64,000 bases of DNA, taken from positions 35 through 64,034 of the forward strand of contig JBQTHV010000108.1 in the NCBI GenBank assembly GCA_052389555.1, in the 5' to 3' direction. The DNA is from Gemmatimonadales bacterium. Its GTDB lineage: Bacteria > Gemmatimonadota > Gemmatimonadetes > Gemmatimonadales > GWC2-71-9. The notes under the pieces were generated by a model that saw nothing but the letters and a program-made list of their open reading frames with translations, was not told the origin of the DNA and did not search any database. Of the stretch, positions 34,641-45,182 are shown piece after piece; position 1 is the stretch's first letter, and the number at the start of each line of letters is the position of its first letter. A program made the translations under genes and the position numbers.

Positions 34641-35477
34641 GTGAGTAAAGTCCCGATCACCGTCCTGGTTCATGCCTTGAACGAGGAGGTGAATATCCCG
34701 CACACTCTGCGCGACGTCGTGGGATGGGCCGATCAGATATTCGTGATTGATTCCGAAAGCAGCGACCGCACCGCGGAGATTGCCGGGGAAGCCGGCGCCA
34801 CGGTGGTCTCCCGACCCTGCACTCGATCGACCCTCGTCGAGCAGCGCAACTGGGCCCTCGACAACCTCCCTATCGCCCACGAATGGGTTTTGATCCTCGA
34901 TGCGGACGAAACCATGGACCCGGAGCTCAAGGCCGAGGTCGCGGCGGCGGTGGCCCGGAACGATCCCGAGCGGGACGGGTACTGGGTACGGGTCAAGCTG
35001 ATCTTCATGGAACGCTGGATCCGGCATGCCAGCATGTACCCGACCTGGAGCTTGCGTCTCTTTCGGAAAGGAGTGGTCCGCTACGAGCGTCGGAACGTCA
35101 ATGCGCATCCGCTGGTCGCCCCGGACAGGGAGGGCCGCTTCAAGGGTCACCTGCTCAATCACGACCGCAAGGGGTGGAGCTCGTATGTCCAGCGAATGGA
35201 CGAGTTTTCGACGCTGGAAGCGCGGGCCTACCAGGCGGCGCGGGAAGGCAGCGGGTCGCCCGGTGCTGTACTCGGCTCCCGTGCGGCGCGCCGTCGTTGG
35301 CTCAAAGAGCGATTCATGCGGCTGCCGTTCCGGCCGGTTGTGTTGTTCGGTTACCTCTATCTGGTCCGGGGCGGCTTTCTGGATGGACGGGCGGGCTTCG
35401 ATTACTGTGTCTTCAAAGCGACGATCGAATGGATGATCACCGTCAAGCTGCGCCAGGCGCGCCGGGCCGGGCCGTGA
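34641..35477 (+). CDS. glycosyltransferase family 2
   Basis: ITVLVHALNEEVNIPHTLRDV...IFVIDSESSDRT...ILDADE. GTG 34641 lies just after the hairpin element. Confidence 0.8.
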   Translation: MSKVPITVLVHALNEEVNIPHTLRDVVGWADQIFVIDSESSDRTAEIAGEAGATVVSRPCTRSTLVEQRNWALDNLPIAHEWVLILDADETMDPELKAEVAAAVARNDPERDGYWVRVKLIFMERWIRHASMYPTWSLRLFRKGVVRYERRNVNAHPLVAPDREGRFKGHLLNHDRKGWSSYVQRMDEFSTLEARAYQAAREGSGSPGAVLGSRAARRRWLKERFMRLPFRPVVLFGYLYLVRGGFLDGRAGFDYCVFKATIEWMITVKLRQARRAGP

Positions 35478-35492
35478 TGCCCTGGTGATGCG

Positions 35493-36731
35493 ATGATCGC
35501 CCGCGCGCTGCTGGTCACGTTTGCCGTTGTGGTGCTGCTCTTCCCGCAGGGAACCATAACTCGCAGCGGAACCGCCGAAGCCCTGGTGGCCGGGTTTCTC
35601 GCGGTAACGGCTCTGGTGGCGTTGCTGGAGCGAAGCTTCGCCCCGGCGCCCCAGCGCCGGTGGCAGCCGCTCGGTCTCCTGCATCCGATGCTGCTGGCAC
35701 TGGTGGTATACCTGCTCGCCCTCAATCCCTACCTCTCCTGGCTTCAGGGAAATGATCCGGGGCTCATCACCCGCACGACCGTCCCGTTCGTCATTCTCTG
35801 CGCCTATTACCTGCTGGTCCTGGCCAGGATCGCCGAGCGGGAGGTGGCCTGGTTTCTCGATGCGACTCTGGTCGGAACCGTTCTGCTGTGCGCCTCGATC
35901 TGGTGGGTCAGCCTCTCCCAGGGTGCGGGGCTCGAGCGGGTGACGGTCATCGAGGCGGGCGGGCAGCGCACCCTGATCTATCCCTTGCTGGCCATCGGAG
36001 GCACCGTCGCGTTTACCCGGCTGCTGGGAGACCAGCGCTGGCCGCGCCGCCTGGCGGCGGGAGTGGTCTTCCTGTTCGCGCTCTCCGCCATCCTCCTCAC
36101 CGTAACCCGCGCCATGCTCGCGGCCCTGCTGATCGGCTGCCTCGCGAGTCTGGGGGCGCTCGCCCTGGTGCGGCGGGGCCGGCAGCTGGTCGGCGTGCTG
36201 GCCAGCGCGGTCGCCGCGACGGTCGTCGGTCTCGCCTTGGTGCCGCCGTTCCTAACCCGCTGGGAGGCGCGCCTGAGCAGCGAGAATCTCGAAGGCATCA
36301 GCACCCTGGTGGGCCGGGTCGAGGAATTCCGGGCGTTCTGGACCGAGTTCCGCCAATCGCCCCTGACCGGGCAGGGTCTGGGGCACCAGTTCGGAGATCC
36401 CACCTCGAGCGACATCGGGCTCGCCACCGTCGGACTGACGCTGCCCCACAATCATCTGGCTTTCGTTGCAGGGACCCTGGGAGTGGTAGGCCTGGTGCTG
36501 TACTATGGCGTGCTGGTCGGAGCGCTGGGACGGGGGGCGCGGCTGCTGCATCGCTGGCGGCGCGAACCTCAGGTCTACACCCTGATCCTCGCGATCCTCG
36601 CGGGCCTGGGGGCCGGACTGACCTTCACCATGGCCTCGACGACCTATACCGCCCTGTCGTATAACTACTTCGTCGCGTTCGCCGTGTATGCCCTCCGGCT
36701 CCGGTGGACATCCCCGGTAGTCTCGGCCTGA
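35493..36731 (+). CDS. O-antigen ligase/polymerase-like membrane protein (Wzy family)
   Basis: About 10-12 TM segments. LLTVTRAMLAALLIG and a periplasmic loop before GQGLGH typical of Wzy_C. Confidence 0.6.
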   Translation: MIARALLVTFAVVVLLFPQGTITRSGTAEALVAGFLAVTALVALLERSFAPAPQRRWQPLGLLHPMLLALVVYLLALNPYLSWLQGNDPGLITRTTVPFVILCAYYLLVLARIAEREVAWFLDATLVGTVLLCASIWWVSLSQGAGLERVTVIEAGGQRTLIYPLLAIGGTVAFTRLLGDQRWPRRLAAGVVFLFALSAILLTVTRAMLAALLIGCLASLGALALVRRGRQLVGVLASAVAATVVGLALVPPFLTRWEARLSSENLEGISTLVGRVEEFRAFWTEFRQSPLTGQGLGHQFGDPTSSDIGLATVGLTLPHNHLAFVAGTLGVVGLVLYYGVLVGALGRGARLLHRWRREPQVYTLILAILAGLGAGLTFTMASTTYTALSYNYFVAFAVYALRLRWTSPVVSA

Positions 36732-37703
36732 ATGTCGCGCGTCTGGCGCCTGCTTCGCTGGATGCCGGCCCCGCTGCTGCGTCTGGCCCGGCAGGTAATT
36801 CCGGCGGACCGGCGCTACCGGTGGCGCGAGCGGTTCGGCGCGAAGGTCGCCGATATTCCCGATGGAGAGGTGACGGTGGCCGATGGCCGCCGGTTTCACA
36901 TCGGCCCGGACAGCATGTACTGGGCGATTCACCAGGGCCTCGAGTACGAGCCGGAAGTCACCGCGCTGTGGCGAAGCCTAACCCGGGCGGGTGATGTGGC
37001 CGTCGATGCCGGCGCCAACTTCGGCTGGTTCACCACCCTGTTCGCGACGCTGGCCGGCCGGGACGGGCTGGTCCTGGCGTTCGAACCGGTTCCCGCGACC
37101 TTCGCCCGGCTCGAGGAGCACGTGACGCTGAACCCCGGACCAGCCCGGGTCGTGCTTCGCGCCGCGGCGCTGGCCGAGTGCGCGGGAACCGGATCCGTCA
37201 CCATTCCGGCGGGGGCCAGCGGCGAGGCGAGCCTGACCAGTGGCGCGACGCCGGGTGGGCTTGCGGTGCCGCTCGTCCGGTTGGACGATGAGCTGGCTGC
37301 GATCGGCCTCGACGGTTGCGATCTCCTCAAGCTGGATGTCGAAGGGGCCGAGCTCCGGGCGCTCAGGGGGGCGCGGCGAACGCTTCGCGGCCCTCGGCCG
37401 CCGATTATCCTGGTGGAGCTCAACGCCGCGGCGTGCCGGAGTGCGGGTTATGAGCCCGCCGCGCTGTATGACTTCCTGCACGAAGCCGGATACGACGCTT
37501 TCTTTGGCATTGCCAGCGGCCGCCGCCTGGTCCGCGTGAGCGGTCCCCAGGAGTTTGGGTCGCTGGCGGCGGGACCGGCGGTCCCGGCCCGCCGGGACGT
37601 CGTCCCGGGGATGGCGGTGGCGGCGCCCCGCACCCGGATCGTCCCGCGGCTCGAGGACGCCAGCATCGTGATCCGCGAGCCCGCGACCGGGCGAGCTCGC
37701 TAG
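36732..37703 (+). CDS. FkbM-family methyltransferase
   Basis: VDAGANFGWFTTLFA...AFEPVP...LKLDVEGAE. Confidence 0.8.
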   Translation: MSRVWRLLRWMPAPLLRLARQVIPADRRYRWRERFGAKVADIPDGEVTVADGRRFHIGPDSMYWAIHQGLEYEPEVTALWRSLTRAGDVAVDAGANFGWFTTLFATLAGRDGLVLAFEPVPATFARLEEHVTLNPGPARVVLRAAALAECAGTGSVTIPAGASGEASLTSGATPGGLAVPLVRLDDELAAIGLDGCDLLKLDVEGAELRALRGARRTLRGPRPPIILVELNAAACRSAGYEPAALYDFLHEAGYDAFFGIASGRRLVRVSGPQEFGSLAAGPAVPARRDVVPGMAVAAPRTRIVPRLEDASIVIREPATGRAR

Positions 37704-37707
37704 GCGC

Positions 37708-39597
37708 ATGTGCGGAATCTGCGGCGTTATCCTAACCCGGGACCCCGACCCCGGGGAGCTCGAGGCCCTGGTCTCCCGAATGACCGGGGCGCTGGCGCAC
37801 CGCGGCCCCGACGGGCGGCGGACCTGGACCGCCGGCCGGCTGGGGCTCGGCCACACCCGGCTGGCCATCATCGATCTGTCGGATGAAGCGGCCCAGCCCC
37901 TGAGCGCGCCGGGATCGCCCGCCCGCATCGTCTTCAACGGCGAACTTTACAACTACCGCGAGCTGCGCCGGATCCTGGAAGGGCAGGGCAGGGTCTTCCG
38001 AACCCGGAGCGATACCGAGGTCGTGCTCCAGGCCGTGCTCGAGTGGGGTCCTCCGGCGTTCGAGCGCATGCTCGGCATGTGGGGCCTGGCCCTGTATGAT
38101 CCCGACCGCCGCGAGCTGCTGCTCTCGCGGGACCGGTTCGGGATCAAGCCCCTGTACTACGCGGTGGCCCCGGACGGCCTGGTGTTCGGATCCGAGATCC
38201 GGGCGCTCTTGGCCAGCGGGTTAGTTGCGCGCGAGCCGCATCGCGCGGCGTGCGCGGTGTTTCTCAGCCGCGGCGAGACCGATTGCGCCGGCGCAACGTT
38301 CTTCGAGGGTATCCGGAGAGTTCCCGCGGGCAGCTGGACCCGGATCCCGCTCGACCCGGTCCGGCCTCCGCCATTTGAGCGCTACTGGGACCCGGCACCG
38401 TTGTTCACTCCGCCGGGCAATCCACTTTCCTTTCCCGAAGCAACCTCGGAGTTCCGCCGGCTCCTCGAGAGCGCGGTGGACTTCCACCTGCGGAGCGATG
38501 TCCCGGTCGGCATGTGTCTGTCGGGCGGAATCGATTCTTCCTCTCTGGTTGCGCTGGCCGCTGCGCGACTGGCCGAGGGGGGCACCGCTCCCTACACCTT
38601 CACCGCGAGTTTCCCGGGCCAGCCGTTCGATGAATCCCGCTACGCCACGGCCGTGGCAGAACGGTTCCGGGTTAGGCGGGTCTTCGTCGCGCCGACCGCA
38701 ACGGATTTCGACCGCGACCTGGAACGGCTGGTCGAAGCGCAGGAAGAGCCGTTCGGCTCGACCGGCGTGTATCTCCAGTGGCGGCTGTTTCAGCAGATCC
38801 AGGATTCCGGTCTCAAGGTCGTGCTCGATGGACAGGGATCGGATGAGTACCTGGGCGGATACCTCACCTTCTTCCTGCCGCTCCTGGTGGACCAGATCCG
38901 CGGGGGCCACTTGGGGGCGGCGGTGGGGACCATGGCCGAAATCGTTCGCCACAAGCGGCCCCCGCGGCTCTCGGCCGGGTACCTGCTGGCTATTGGGCGC
39001 CGCGCTCTCGGCCGGCGTGCCGCGGATTCGGGCGAAGGAGAGCGAGCCTGGCTCGCTGACGCGATGCGGACCGCCGGGGCAGCCTCAACCGGTGACACCG
39101 AGTTGGCGGAGCTCAGACCGGAGCCCGGGGTCTCGCGGTTCCGGCGGGCCCTGTGGGCCTACTTCTTTCGCTACTCGCTCCCCGGCTTGCTCCGTTATGA
39201 GGACAAGAACGCGATGGCGTTCGGGGTCGAGTCGCGGGTGCCGTACCTCGACCACCGCCTGGTCGAGTTCGCCGCGGCGCTGCCCGACGAGTATCTCTGT
39301 CATCGCGGCGTGACCAAGCGAATTCTGCGCGACGCGATGCGGGACGCGCTTCCCGAATCCGTCGTCACCCGCCGGGACAAGCTGGGCTTCGCGAGCCCGA
39401 TCGGCCCCTGGGTGGCGCAGGCGATCGTGCCGCGGCTCGCCCGCCTCCTGGAATCCTCGTTCGCCGCCGAGTACGTGGATCCCCTCCGGGTTAGGCACGC
39501 GGCTGAATGCTTTCTCCGGCGACCGGGGGGGCGGCATCTGGGCCTCTGGCGGGTGTATTCGGTGCTGGCCTGGCACGAACGGTTCCTGGCCCGGTGA
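37708..39597 (+). CDS. asparagine synthase (glutamine-hydrolysing) family amidotransferase 1
   Basis: MCGICG N-terminal nucleophile, LSGGIDSS PP-loop. Confidence 0.88.
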   Translation: MCGICGVILTRDPDPGELEALVSRMTGALAHRGPDGRRTWTAGRLGLGHTRLAIIDLSDEAAQPLSAPGSPARIVFNGELYNYRELRRILEGQGRVFRTRSDTEVVLQAVLEWGPPAFERMLGMWGLALYDPDRRELLLSRDRFGIKPLYYAVAPDGLVFGSEIRALLASGLVAREPHRAACAVFLSRGETDCAGATFFEGIRRVPAGSWTRIPLDPVRPPPFERYWDPAPLFTPPGNPLSFPEATSEFRRLLESAVDFHLRSDVPVGMCLSGGIDSSSLVALAAARLAEGGTAPYTFTASFPGQPFDESRYATAVAERFRVRRVFVAPTATDFDRDLERLVEAQEEPFGSTGVYLQWRLFQQIQDSGLKVVLDGQGSDEYLGGYLTFFLPLLVDQIRGGHLGAAVGTMAEIVRHKRPPRLSAGYLLAIGRRALGRRAADSGEGERAWLADAMRTAGAASTGDTELAELRPEPGVSRFRRALWAYFFRYSLPGLLRYEDKNAMAFGVESRVPYLDHRLVEFAAALPDEYLCHRGVTKRILRDAMRDALPESVVTRRDKLGFASPIGPWVAQAIVPRLARLLESSFAAEYVDPLRVRHAAECFLRRPGGRHLGLWRVYSVLAWHERFLAR

Positions 39598-40988
39598 CGG
39601 CGCCCCCGCCCTCGGAGGTCCGCCGGGCGCGCCACCTGCTGTTCGGCTATGCGACGCAGGTCGCCTCCTTCGGCATTCTCGCGGCCACCAATCTCCTGCT
39701 GCCGCGATTTCTCTCCGGATCGCAGCTCTTCACCCTCAACCTGGCGCTGGCTCACGCCCTCCTGCTCACCGGCACGACCGGCGAGGCGATGAGCTACCAG
39801 TTGATCCTGCGCACCGGCGAGGCGAAGGGCGGCGTTCCCGATCCCCGGTTGTTCTGGCGGACCGCTGGAGAGTACCTGGCGATGCTTCTGCCCGGCATCC
39901 TCGTGCTGGAAGCCCTGTGGGGGTTCGCCGGAGGAGCCAACGGGGGGTGGTTCTGGTTGATCGTAGCCCTGCCCACCGTGCTCGTGGTCGCCTTCTACAT
40001 GGTGGTGATCGCCTGGCTCACCGCGTCGTTCCGCAATCAGACCGTCGTCGTTTTGGCGCTTGTGAATGGCGCCCTCGGGCTGGTGGTTCCGCTGCTCCTC
40101 GCTCGGGCCCAGGGGAACCTTGCCTGGTCCCCGCTTCTGGCGCACTTGGGATCGCTGGCGCTGGCCCTCGTCGTGGCGGGCCTTCCGGCGAGTGCCCTCG
40201 CGCTGTGGCGCCCGTTCCGGCTCGAGGTGCTCTCCTGGCGGGCGTTCCCGGCCCTGGCGTCACCGGCCATCTACAAGCAGTGCGTGTTATGGGGGCCGAT
40301 TCTCTTCCTCGGCGCGGGTGGTCGGGAACTCGACGCCAACAACTTCCGGATCGCCAGCAGTCTGGTCGAAGGTGCGCTGAGCCTGGTCCCCTTTCCGCGC
40401 ACCACGATGCTGACGCTCTCTCGCGGGATCGGCCGTCTCTCCGAGGATGCCCGTCGGTGGGTCGCCACGACTGCCCTGCTGGTGGCTGCGGTAGGGTCCC
40501 TGATCCTGACGGCCGGCCGCGAGCCGCTCACCGCCCTGCTGTACCCGGCAGAGTATGCCGGGGTAGCCGACAACCTCCGTTTCCTGGGTCCTGTCCTGTT
40601 GATCCAGGTCGTGGCGATCGTGCTGGTGAATGAGTTGCTTGCCGCGGGAGCGACCGGCCGGATCCTTCGAAGCTATGCGGTCGCGATGCTCGCGGCCATC
40701 GTGGCTATTCCAGTGGCTGCGACACCGGCATCGGTGCCGCTCCTGGGCGCCGTGGCCCTCGCCCTGGCGGCAGTCCTGGCGCTGGGACCGTCGATTGGAG
40801 CAGTAGGTCAGCCGGTGTTCGTCCTCTCCGTCGGACTTTCGGCCTCGGTTGCCATGGCGGCGCTCGGATTCCCGGTCCCGGCGGCGTCGGGGTTCATCCT
40901 GGTGGTCGTGGCGTTCTCCCTGGTGCGACCCGGCCGGCGGTACTGGTCGATGGCCCGTGAGACCACCCAACGGGCTCGCCGCGGATGA
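39594..40988 (+). CDS. polysaccharide flippase-like membrane protein (Wzx/MOP-type)
   Basis: About 12-14 TM segments. GTG 39594 overlaps the upstream stop. Function inferred from topology and context. Confidence 0.55.
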   Translation: MTAPPPSEVRRARHLLFGYATQVASFGILAATNLLLPRFLSGSQLFTLNLALAHALLLTGTTGEAMSYQLILRTGEAKGGVPDPRLFWRTAGEYLAMLLPGILVLEALWGFAGGANGGWFWLIVALPTVLVVAFYMVVIAWLTASFRNQTVVVLALVNGALGLVVPLLLARAQGNLAWSPLLAHLGSLALALVVAGLPASALALWRPFRLEVLSWRAFPALASPAIYKQCVLWGPILFLGAGGRELDANNFRIASSLVEGALSLVPFPRTTMLTLSRGIGRLSEDARRWVATTALLVAAVGSLILTAGREPLTALLYPAEYAGVADNLRFLGPVLLIQVVAIVLVNELLAAGATGRILRSYAVAMLAAIVAIPVAATPASVPLLGAVALALAAVLALGPSIGAVGQPVFVLSVGLSASVAMAALGFPVPAASGFILVVVAFSLVRPGRRYWSMARETTQRARRG

Positions 40989-41034
40989 ACCGCGCCGATT
41001 AGCTCGCTATACTTCGGTCTTCACTCCCTTTCTC

Positions 41035-43179
41035 ATGCTTCAGGTTCTCCAGCACGTCGGTTCGGGCAAGCTCGAGGTCGCCGAGGTACCGGAGCCCTCG
41101 CTCCGCGCCGGCGGCGTGCTGGTGCGCAACACCGCTTCCCTGATCAGTCTGGGCACCGAGCGAAGCGTGGTGGAATTCGCCGCCAAGTCGCTGATCGGGA
41201 AGGCGCGAGAACGGCCCGATCTGGTGCGGCAGGTGCTTGACAAAGTCCGCCGCGATGGAATCGGAGCTGCGTGGCGGACCATCTCGAGTCGCCTGGACCG
41301 GCCGGTTGCCCTCGGGTATTCGTGTGCCGGTCGCGTGCTCGAGGTCGGCGCCGGCGCGGACGAGTATGCGGCTGGCATGCGGGTTGCCTGCGCGGGCCAG
41401 GGATATGCCTCCCATGCTGAAGTCGTCTGGGTTCCCCGCAATCTCAGCGTTCCGATCCCGGAGGGCGTCTCGGATGAGGACGCGGCCTATGTGACCGCGG
41501 GGGCAATTGCGCTGCAGGGATTCCGGATCGCCGACCTTCGAATGGGCGAGACCGCGGTCGTGATCGGTCTGGGATTACTCGGCCTCCTGACGGTTCAGCT
41601 GCTCAACGCGTCAGGCTGCCGGGTGATCGGCATTGATCTCGATGCGGGGAAGGTCCGCCGGGCCAAGTCGCTTGGCGTCGAGCTCAGTCTCGATCGGTCC
41701 GCCGATGTCGGGTCGCGGGTGACGGACTTCACGAATGGGTACGGCGCCGACGGGGTGATCATCACCGCGGCTACCGAAAGCCACGATCCCATCGAGCTCG
41801 CGGGCGAGCTCGCGCGCGACCGCGGGCGCGTCACGGTGGTGGGCGCCGTCGGGATGCAGGTGCCCCGGAAGCGCTACTACGAGAAGGAGCTCGAGGTCCG
41901 GTTGTCCCGATCCTACGGCCCCGGCCGCTACGACCCGCTGTACGAGGAAGCCGGGATCGACTTCCCGTTCGGGTATGTGCGCTGGACCGAGCGCCGCAAC
42001 ATGGCCGAGTTCCTTCGGCTGGTCGGCGAAGGCAAAGTGACCCCCGCTCGCCTCACCTCGCACCGGTTCCCCATAAGCCGCGCGCTCGAGGCCTACGCCC
42101 TCGTCTCGGAGGCACGCGGCCAGCCCGTCACCGGGGTCGTGCTCACCTATCCGGCCGGCGATCGGCCCAGCCGGCGCTCGATCGTGACTTCGGCGCATCC
42201 GGCGGCGCAAGGAACCCTGCAGATCGGCTTTATCGGCGCCGGGAACTTTGCCCAGGCTGTGCTCCTGCCCGAGCTCAAGCGGATCGGGGGCGTCTCGCTC
42301 TCGCGGGTGGTCACCGCGAATGGCGCTTCCGCCAAGCAAGTGGCCAGCCGCTTTGGATTCCGCTCGGCCGGCACTGACCCTGGCGAGGTCTTCGCCGATC
42401 CGGACATCGATGCGGTAATCATCGCGACTCGGCACCGCTCGCACGCGGAGTTCGCCACCCAGGCCCTCCGAGCCGGCAAGGCCGTCCTGGTCGAAAAGCC
42501 ACTCGCGATCGACGAAGCCGGCCTGGCCGGAGTTGTGGAGGCGGCGAGGGAGAACGGTCGGTTGCTCGCGGTCGGATTCAACCGGCGTTTCGCTCCGCTT
42601 GCCGTGGAGCTCCGGGCAGCGTTCGAGGGCACCCGCGCGCTGTCGATGGTGTATCGGGTAAACGCCGGGTCGCTCCCGCCGGAGAGCTGGATTCAGTTTC
42701 CCTCGGAAGGCGGCCGCATCGTGGGCGAGGTGTGCCACTTCATCGATCTCCTGGCCTTTCTCAGTGGCGAGCGGCCGGTCGAGGTGTTTGCTCACGGGCT
42801 GTCAGGGCCCGAGGTTCCCTGCCGGGACTCCCTGACGGCATCGGTTCGCTTTACGGGAGGGTCGGTCGCCGCGCTCGCCTACCTCACGACCGGAGACCGC
42901 CGGGCGGCGAAGGAGCGGGTCGAGGTGTTCGGCTCGGGACAGATCGCGGTGCTGGAGGAGTTCCGTTCGGTGCTCATAACCCGCGGCGGCCGGCGCCGGC
43001 GCCGGCGCCTCCTCCGCCCGGACAAGGGGTTCCGCGGCGAGCTCAACGCGTTTCTCCGCGCGGTTCGCACCGGGGCGCCTCCCATCAGTCTCGAGTCTCT
43101 GATAGCCACGACGCGAGCGACCTTCGCGATTCTGACCTCGTTGCGGACCGGCACTCCCCAGGCCATCGCGGCGGACTAG
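41035..43179 (+). CDS. bi-domain oxidoreductase (Zn-ADH/MDR + Gfo/Idh/MocA)
   Basis: N-terminal MDR pattern (VIGLGLLGLLTVQLL). C-terminal IGFIGAGNFAQ...EKPLA Gfo/Idh/MocA pattern. Confidence 0.8.
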   Translation: MLQVLQHVGSGKLEVAEVPEPSLRAGGVLVRNTASLISLGTERSVVEFAAKSLIGKARERPDLVRQVLDKVRRDGIGAAWRTISSRLDRPVALGYSCAGRVLEVGAGADEYAAGMRVACAGQGYASHAEVVWVPRNLSVPIPEGVSDEDAAYVTAGAIALQGFRIADLRMGETAVVIGLGLLGLLTVQLLNASGCRVIGIDLDAGKVRRAKSLGVELSLDRSADVGSRVTDFTNGYGADGVIITAATESHDPIELAGELARDRGRVTVVGAVGMQVPRKRYYEKELEVRLSRSYGPGRYDPLYEEAGIDFPFGYVRWTERRNMAEFLRLVGEGKVTPARLTSHRFPISRALEAYALVSEARGQPVTGVVLTYPAGDRPSRRSIVTSAHPAAQGTLQIGFIGAGNFAQAVLLPELKRIGGVSLSRVVTANGASAKQVASRFGFRSAGTDPGEVFADPDIDAVIIATRHRSHAEFATQALRAGKAVLVEKPLAIDEAGLAGVVEAARENGRLLAVGFNRRFAPLAVELRAAFEGTRALSMVYRVNAGSLPPESWIQFPSEGGRIVGEVCHFIDLLAFLSGERPVEVFAHGLSGPEVPCRDSLTASVRFTGGSVAALAYLTTGDRRAAKERVEVFGSGQIAVLEEFRSVLITRGGRRRRRRLLRPDKGFRGELNAFLRAVRTGAPPISLESLIATTRATFAILTSLRTGTPQAIAAD

Positions 43180-43188
43180 CGCGACGCG

Positions 43189-45174
43189 ATGTGCGGAATC
43201 GCTGGGTTCGCCGGCCGCTTCGAGCCTGCGCTGCTCGACCGCATGAGCGCGCTCATCGCGCACCGCGGGCCGGACGGCGCGGGGCAGACGGTGCTCGCCA
43301 CGCCCCATCCCGGGGTTTCCGTCGGGCTGGCCCACCGGCGGCTCTCCATCATCGACCTGAGCCCGAGAGCGGCGCAGCCTATCACGCCGCGTTGTCCGGC
43401 CTGCGGCCCCGGCGCGGAGGGCGCCCTCGTGCTGATCTACAACGGCGAGATCTACAACTTCGCCGAACTGCGGCGTGGGCTGGAACGCCGCGGGCATACC
43501 TTCCGCAGCGCGACCGACTCCGAGGTGCTGCTCCATCTCTGGAGCCAAGAAGGTCCGGCCCTCCTAACCCGCCTCAACGGCATGTTTGCGTTCGCGCTGG
43601 TCGATGCCCGGCCCGCCGGGCGACCCGAGGGAATCGAGCCGGGCGACCTGTTCCTGGCGCGCGACCCCATCGGTGTCAAGCCGCTCTACGTGGCGACGGT
43701 CCCCGACGGCATCCTCTTCGGCTCCGAGCTCAAGGCCTTCCTCGATGTGCCGGGGTTGTCCCGCGACCTCGATCTGGAGGGCTTGCACTACCATCTCGCC
43801 TATCTCTGGACCCCGGCTCCCCGCACCCTCCTCAGGAACGTCGCGAAGGTGCGCCCAGGCGAGTGGCTGCTGATCCGGAACGGTGAGGTCGCCCGGCGAG
43901 CGTCCTACTATGATCTGCCTTACGGCCAGGCACCGCTCGACGAGCCGCGCGACCGGATCGCGGAGGCGCTCCGCGACCGGATCGCCGAGGCGGTGCGGCG
44001 GCAGTTGGTGGCCGACGTTCCGGTGGGCCTCCTGCTGTCCGGTGGGCTCGACTCCAGCGCCATCCTCGCGGCGATGCGGAATGCTCATCCGGATCATCAC
44101 CCGGCGTGTTACAGCATCGCGTTTCCGCCCGGGCAAGCGATCGACGGGAGCCCGCCGGACCTTCCCTATGCGCGACGCGTCGCGGCGTGGCTGGGGGGTG
44201 AGCTTCGCGAGGTGCCGATGGGCGCCGGCATCGGTGCCGAGTTCCTCCGCCTCCTGTATGCCCTGGACGAGCCGCAGGTCGATCCGGCGCCCTTCAATAT
44301 GTTGCGGATCGCCCAGCGCGCCCGTGGGGACGGGATCCCGGTGCTGCTGAACGGGACTGGGGGTGACGACCTCTTCTCGGGCTATCGCCGGCATCGGGCA
44401 CTCCGCTCCGAGGAATGGTGGGGCTGGTGGCCGGCGTGGGTGCGCACCCTGGCCGCTCGACCGGCTCGGGCCGCGGCCGCCGGGGGCGCTCCGGGTCTCT
44501 CCCGCACCGGTCTCCGGCGCGCCGTCAAGGTCCTGGAGCACGCCGACCTGGATCCGGACCGGCGCCTGGTCGCCTACTTCTGGTGGGCGGGGGAGCGACT
44601 GCGGCGCGGGCTGTATGGGTCCCGGATGGCCGAGGCGACCAGGAGGCTCGACACGGCGGAGCCGCTGCTCGAGTCCCTAACCCGCATTCCCGGGGAGACC
44701 GATCCCCTCAATCGGATGCTGTACCTCGAAGGCAAGCACTTTCTGGCTGACCACAACCTCCTCTATGCCGACAGGATGGCGATGGCCTGCGGCGTCGAGG
44801 TCCGGGTCCCGCTCCTCGATCTCGAGCTCGTGTCCTTCGCCGCCCGCATTCCCTCCCGGTACAAGCAGGACGGGAAGACCGGCAAAGCCATCTTCAAACG
44901 CGCGATGGAACCGGTCCTCCCGCGCGAGGTGATCTACCGTCCCAAAACCGGATTCGGGGTGCCGCTGCGCCACTGGCTGCGCCACGAGCTGCGGCCGTTC
45001 CTGCAGGATGCGCTCTCGGAGTCGTCCCTCGCCGGCCGCGGCCTCTTCGATCCCGGGGCCGTCACCCGGTTGCGCGCGGCGGACCAGGCTGGCCGGATCG
45101 ACGGCTCCTGGGTGCTCTTCGCGCTGTTGTCGGTCGAGCTCTGGTGCCGCCGGTTCGTGGATCGGCGCGACTAG
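43189..45174 (+). CDS. asparagine synthase family amidotransferase 2
   Basis: MCGIAG nucleophile, LSGGLDSS PP-loop. Confidence 0.88.
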   Translation: MCGIAGFAGRFEPALLDRMSALIAHRGPDGAGQTVLATPHPGVSVGLAHRRLSIIDLSPRAAQPITPRCPACGPGAEGALVLIYNGEIYNFAELRRGLERRGHTFRSATDSEVLLHLWSQEGPALLTRLNGMFAFALVDARPAGRPEGIEPGDLFLARDPIGVKPLYVATVPDGILFGSELKAFLDVPGLSRDLDLEGLHYHLAYLWTPAPRTLLRNVAKVRPGEWLLIRNGEVARRASYYDLPYGQAPLDEPRDRIAEALRDRIAEAVRRQLVADVPVGLLLSGGLDSSAILAAMRNAHPDHHPACYSIAFPPGQAIDGSPPDLPYARRVAAWLGGELREVPMGAGIGAEFLRLLYALDEPQVDPAPFNMLRIAQRARGDGIPVLLNGTGGDDLFSGYRRHRALRSEEWWGWWPAWVRTLAARPARAAAAGGAPGLSRTGLRRAVKVLEHADLDPDRRLVAYFWWAGERLRRGLYGSRMAEATRRLDTAEPLLESLTRIPGETDPLNRMLYLEGKHFLADHNLLYADRMAMACGVEVRVPLLDLELVSFAARIPSRYKQDGKTGKAIFKRAMEPVLPREVIYRPKTGFGVPLRHWLRHELRPFLQDALSESSLAGRGLFDPGAVTRLRAADQAGRIDGSWVLFALLSVELWCRRFVDRRD

Positions 45175-45182
45175 CGGTCCCT